Below are positions 59,738-64,000 of a DNA stretch of 64,000 nt, one piece after another (position 1 is the first letter of the stretch; each line of letters begins with the position of its first letter). The translations under genes and the position numbers were made by a program. The stretch comes from Candidatus Phycocordibacter aenigmaticus (GTDB lineage: Bacteria; Patescibacteriota; Minisyncoccia; Phycocordibacterales; UBA2163): the NCBI GenBank assembly GCA_002327585.1, contig DCWL01000006.1, positions 28,302-92,301 of the forward strand, read 5' to 3'. The notes under the pieces are model-generated. The model made no database searches. It was not told the DNA's origin and was given only the letters and a program-made list of their open reading frames with translations.

Positions 59738-61873
59738 ATGCAAAAGAAAGAATATTCAATAGAAATAGGAGGAAAAACACTTACTGTTCAATTTACAGAC
59801 TTGGCAGACCAGACAAATGGCTCTGTTATTGTACGTTTAGGCAACACCTCTGTTCTGGCGACAGTCGTTATGTCAACGCATAAGCGCGAAGGGATTGACT
59901 ATTTTCCGCTCACCGTTGATTATGAAGAAAAATTCTACGCAGTGGGGCAGATTTTGGGAAGCCGTTTTCTGCGAAGAGAGGGAAGGCCGTCAGAGGAGGC
60001 AATTCTCTCCGGTAGAGTTGTTGATAGAACAATTCGCCCTTTATTTGACCAGTATATAAGAAATGAAGTGCAGGTTGTCACAACGGTACTTTCAGTTGAT
60101 AAGGATGATCCTGATATTTTGGCGATAAATGCCGCCTCAATTGCCCTTGCCGTCTCTGACATTCCATGGAACGGGCCGGTAAGTGCTGTAAGAATAGGCA
60201 AGCATAAAGGAGAAAATAAATTTGAAATAAATCCTCACTATCTTTTTAGAGAAAATAAAGATGCAGAGCTTGATATGATAATCTGCGGCAGAGATGGTGA
60301 TATAAACATGATAGAAACCGGCGCAGAGGAGTTAAGCGAGGACATATTGACAGATGCATTCATTATCGCTCTGAAAGAGATTGAGAAACTTCAGGAGTTC
60401 CAAAAGAAGATTGTAAAAGAGATTGGAAAAGAGAAACAAAAGATTGAAAAAATTCAAATGCCAAAAGAAGTCATTGAACTTTTCGAAAGTAGTGGTATCA
60501 AATCTAAATTACCGGAGGAAATATTCTCAAGTGCTGGAAAGGGAAAAGTTCATGCTCTACAGAGTGATTGGAGTGAACTTGTAAAAGAAAAATTATCAGA
60601 AGAACAGTATTTTTTAGCACACAATCTCTACGAAGAGGAAATAGACAAACTTCTCCACAGAGAAGCAATTGAAAACAATAGGCGTGCTGATGGAAGAAAA
60701 ATGGACGAAGTACGGAAACTTTTCGCGCAGGCCGGAGATATCTCAGAGATTATTCACGGCTCCGGAATATTTTACAGAGGAGGAACTCATGTATTCTCGG
60801 CGCTGACTTTAGGCGGACCAGATGATTCTCTTATTATAGACAGCATTGAAGCTCAGCAGGAGAAAAAACATTTTATACACCATTACAATTTTCCCCCGTT
60901 CTCATCTGGTGAAACTGGGAGAATGGGAGGCACGAACAGAAGAATGATAGGGCATGGTGCGCTCGCAGAGAAAGCACTTACTCCTGTAATTCCTCCCAAA
61001 GAAAAATTTCCGTATACGATACGAGTAGTATCAGAAAGCTTGGCTTCAAACGGCTCTACATCAATGGCGTCTGTGTGTGCAAGTACAATTGCTCTTATGG
61101 ACGGCGGTGTTCCTATAAAAGCGCCTGTTGCGGGAATTGCAATGGGACTTGTTATGGACGAAAAAGAAACAGGTAAATACAAAATTTTAACTGACATACA
61201 AGGACCCGAAGATCACCATGGTGATATGGATTTCAAAGTTGCTGGGACAAGGCAAGGGGTTACTGCAGTGCAGATGGACGTGAAAGTTGGAGGCATACCA
61301 ACATCAATACTTAAAGAAGCACTTGGAGAAGCAAAAAAAGCACGACTCCAGATTCTTGACATAATAGAAAAAGAAATACCGACTCCCCGCGCAAAAATAT
61401 CACAGCGTGCTCCAAAGATTGTCACAATGAAAATCAAAAAAGAGCAAATAGGAGATGTTATTGGCTCTGGTGGAAAAATTATAAACGAAATAAAAGATGA
61501 GATGAAAGTCGATGACATCAATATTGAAGATGACGGAACAATATTTATTACAGGCAAAGGTGAAAGTACAGAGCAGGCCTGGAAAGCAATTGAAGAGATT
61601 GTACACGAATATAAAGCAGGTGAACGCTACACTGGCGAAGTCATGAAAATCACTGACTTTGGGGCATTTGTAAAGATAGGAAGAAAAACAGAAGGGCTTG
61701 TTCACATTTCAGAAATTGCGCCGTTTCGGGTTAACAACGTTTCTGATATTCTTAAAGAAGGAGATAAGGTGCCTGTCGCTGTCAAAGGAGTGGATGAAAA
61801 AGACAGAATTTCTTTATCCATCAAAGCAGCTGATCCAAATTTCGCAAAAAGTAAGACAGTAGTTAAAAAGTGA
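59738..61873 (+). CDS. pnp: polyribonucleotide nucleotidyltransferase (PNPase)
   Basis: 711 aa; two RNase PH domains, KH, S1. Confidence 0.9.
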   Translation: MQKKEYSIEIGGKTLTVQFTDLADQTNGSVIVRLGNTSVLATVVMSTHKREGIDYFPLTVDYEEKFYAVGQILGSRFLRREGRPSEEAILSGRVVDRTIRPLFDQYIRNEVQVVTTVLSVDKDDPDILAINAASIALAVSDIPWNGPVSAVRIGKHKGENKFEINPHYLFRENKDAELDMIICGRDGDINMIETGAEELSEDILTDAFIIALKEIEKLQEFQKKIVKEIGKEKQKIEKIQMPKEVIELFESSGIKSKLPEEIFSSAGKGKVHALQSDWSELVKEKLSEEQYFLAHNLYEEEIDKLLHREAIENNRRADGRKMDEVRKLFAQAGDISEIIHGSGIFYRGGTHVFSALTLGGPDDSLIIDSIEAQQEKKHFIHHYNFPPFSSGETGRMGGTNRRMIGHGALAEKALTPVIPPKEKFPYTIRVVSESLASNGSTSMASVCASTIALMDGGVPIKAPVAGIAMGLVMDEKETGKYKILTDIQGPEDHHGDMDFKVAGTRQGVTAVQMDVKVGGIPTSILKEALGEAKKARLQILDIIEKEIPTPRAKISQRAPKIVTMKIKKEQIGDVIGSGGKIINEIKDEMKVDDINIEDDGTIFITGKGESTEQAWKAIEEIVHEYKAGERYTGEVMKITDFGAFVKIGRKTEGLVHISEIAPFRVNNVSDILKEGDKVPVAVKGVDEKDRISLSIKAADPNFAKSKTVVKK

Positions 61874-62934
61874 AATCTACTATGGAAGAAGAATCAAAAA
61901 ATGAGCTGGAAAATGAGAAGCAAGAAAATCTAAAAGTTGATTTAGAGAGTACAATCGAGCTTAAAGACCAGCCTTTCAAAGATGAATCTGAAAAAAAATC
62001 AGCCCCGATGCTCTCTGAGGTCGGAGAGAAAACATCTTTGAGGACAATGCGCACGTACAAAGATGACATTACACAAGTAATGGAGAAGAAAAAAGAGTCG
62101 CTTGTCAGTATTGCAACAGCAGAGAATAAACGTCGTATTAAAAGCAAAGGATTCGAACCCGATGACGGTGAATTGAAGAGAAAGAATCTCAAGAAAGTAG
62201 GTATTGTTATTTTAAGCACAATACTCTTTGTATTTGGTGCCAGTTCTGCTTTTTATTTTTACGAAAAGAGTGGCACTAAAGCTGTTGAACCGGAGTCAAA
62301 AATTCCGTCAATAATATTCTCGGACGAAGAGGAGGAATTTGAAATTACGAATTTGTCAAGAAGACAGATTTTAAGCGAACTCACGGCTTTAAAAGAGAGC
62401 ACGCGGCTTTCCATTGGGAGAATAAATAATATATTCATTACGGAATCTTTTATTGGCGAAGATGGAGTTGAAACAAAAGGACTTGTAAATGCAAGTAATT
62501 TTCTGAATGCTATAGATGCACATCTGCCGGCATCTTTTTTGCGTTCCCTTGAACGAGACTTTATGTTTGGTATACATATATTTAATAACAATCACCCATT
62601 TCTAATTTTGAGAACGAGTTTCTACGAGAACGCCTTTGCAGGAATGCTTGTGTGGGAAGAGAATATAAAAGAAGATCTTGCTCCTTTGTTTGGCTCCGCA
62701 GATTTTGAAGTAATCTCAGACGAGAGTGCCGAAACAAACATCTCTCCTCTTGTAATTCCGATTTTCAGTGACTTTGTCGTTAAGAATAAGGATACAAGGA
62801 TTTTAAAAGATGGTGAAGGAAAGACAGTTATCATGTATTCATTTATAGACAAAAACACAATTGTTATAACTACAAACGAAAACACTTTCAGCGAAATTTT
62901 CACGCGCCTGTCTTCATCAAGAACATTGCAGTAG
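61870..62934 (+). CDS. hypothetical membrane protein
   Basis: 354 aa, acidic N-terminus, single central TM. Confidence 0.45.
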   Translation: MKSTMEEESKNELENEKQENLKVDLESTIELKDQPFKDESEKKSAPMLSEVGEKTSLRTMRTYKDDITQVMEKKKESLVSIATAENKRRIKSKGFEPDDGELKRKNLKKVGIVILSTILFVFGASSAFYFYEKSGTKAVEPESKIPSIIFSDEEEEFEITNLSRRQILSELTALKESTRLSIGRINNIFITESFIGEDGVETKGLVNASNFLNAIDAHLPASFLRSLERDFMFGIHIFNNNHPFLILRTSFYENAFAGMLVWEENIKEDLAPLFGSADFEVISDESAETNISPLVIPIFSDFVVKNKDTRILKDGEGKTVIMYSFIDKNTIVITTNENTFSEIFTRLSSSRTLQ

Positions 62935-62960
62935 TAAAATTTTCTGCTATTATATTAGTA

Positions 62961-63332
62961 ATGGAGAAAATAGATACACAATATTTTAAGGAAAAGCTTG
63001 AAACAGAACTTAATGTGCTTACTGAAGAGCTTCAAAAAATTGCAAGAATTAATCCATCAAATCCCAATGACTGGGAGCCGATCCCAGCGAAAATGGATAC
63101 ACTTGAAACGGATAAAAATGAGGTGGCGGACAGGATTGAAGCGTTTGAAAAAAACACCGCTTTAGCTAAAGAGCTTGAAATTCGGTTCAATAATATAAAA
63201 CGTGCACTTAAAAAAATTGAAGATGGCAAATACGGAATTTGTGAAGATACAGAAGAACAGATTCCCCTCGCGCGTCTTGAAGCAAATCCAGCAGCGCGTA
63301 CATGTGCTGACGTAGGAAAAAAAGAATCCTAG
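62961..63332 (+). CDS. DksA/TraR-family C4 zinc-finger protein
   Basis: 123 aa; coiled-coil then GKYGICEDTEEQIPLARLEANPAARTCADV. Confidence 0.55.
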   Translation: MEKIDTQYFKEKLETELNVLTEELQKIARINPSNPNDWEPIPAKMDTLETDKNEVADRIEAFEKNTALAKELEIRFNNIKRALKKIEDGKYGICEDTEEQIPLARLEANPAARTCADVGKKES

Positions 63333-63459
63333 TTTAAATATAGTGATAATTTTGTTACTAATGAATATTTATAACATTTTTGTGTTAAATTTTCTTAAAA
63401 CAAAAACCTGCAAATCTTAAAAACTTGCAGGTATATTATTTGGTCATTATGCGATGCTC

Positions 63460-63900
63460 TTATTGTTGGAAATAATTAATTATTTCTAGACATCTTTGCC
63501 CCTCCTGTTTAATTAAATTTACAATTTCCTGAAAAGCATCAGGAACAGATTTTGCTTCTGTTCTGTCATTAGGATAATAAGTAATTTCTACCTCATCATC
63601 ACCACATTCAATTCTATCTTCTTTGTTTTTAAATGAGAAGCTGATTAATCTTGAATCAAGATCATTATGATTACTTGCAACTTTGTATACAATACCTGCG
63701 CTAATTTCATCTTCCTTTAGTTTTTTGCAAAACACAACATCACTGTCCATAGATACTTTTCTAGCAATACTCATAATTGTTTCTTCTGCGGTATTTTTAA
63801 AATATTTTCTACCATTATCTCTAAAAGCCAAAAGTGTTTTTTCAGTTAGTTCATTTAACTCTTTGAAAAAATTCTTAACATTTTCGTCATCCATTCCCAT
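63460..63900 (-). CDS. hypothetical protein
   Basis: 146 aa. Confidence 0.4.
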   Translation of the reverse strand: MGMDDENVKNFFKELNELTEKTLLAFRDNGRKYFKNTAEETIMSIARKVSMDSDVVFCKKLKEDEISAGIVYKVASNHNDLDSRLISFSFKNKEDRIECGDDEVEITYYPNDRTEAKSVPDAFQEIVNLIKQEGQRCLEIINYFQQ

Positions 63901-64000
63901 CTTCTTTCTCCTTATAAAAAGATTATTTAATAGGTATAAGATACATCTCTAATTTTATTATACATGTATAACACAGCTTGTCAAGATTACTAATTTTAAC

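Noticed and set aside
1-64000. CRISPR arrays and other long tandem-repeat arrays
   Set aside because: No regularly spaced direct repeats with unique spacers were seen. Only the short tandem repeats reported above (24-bp duplication, 15-nt L19 tail repeats, 3x ATGTTAATAA).

Overview
AT-rich window (GC in the mid-30s % by eye, not computed) that uses the standard bacterial code: long conserved ORFs such as ileS and polA are intact with TGA as a stop. Gene content and architecture look like a reduced-genome Patescibacteria (CPR)-like bacterium: scattered single tRNAs, an RNase Y/NirK/SIMPL/LTD/DedA repertoire, pilM-N-O plus a PilB ATPase, and separated ruvA, ruvB and ruvC. Coding density is high, with about 85 protein genes and 11 tRNA genes. 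Most genes are housekeeping: ileS, argS, glyA, dcd, the secE-nusG-rplK cluster, rplS, polA, tsaE, tyrS, a class A PBP, the rpmH-rnpA<>dnaA-dnaN origin-type arrangement, clpP, rny, hup, cca, xthA, a xerC/D-like recombinase, and rpsO-NYN-pnp. The most unusual regions are: (1) a GC-rich, ORF-free, strongly self-complementary ~400-bp tract between the yebC-like gene and ruvC that looks like a structured RNA and shows none of the tmRNA or RNase P hallmarks I checked by eye; (2) a 690-bp AT-rich ORF desert after tRNA-Pro containing a perfect DnaA box, with an exact 14-bp direct repeat and a second perfect DnaA box 2.6 kb away bracketing two tRNAs and cca; (3) ~40-bp GC-rich direct repeats flanking a membrane-protein gene beside a Mrr-like PD-(D/E)xK nuclease; (4) a compact element bounded by a perfect 17-bp inverted repeat; (5) a plus-strand sRNA-like structure with its own terminator next to dnaN; and (6) tRNA oddities (a GCG anticodon, and C1:G72 in non-Pro tRNAs). 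All coordinates were counted by hand and may be off by one or two nucleotides.
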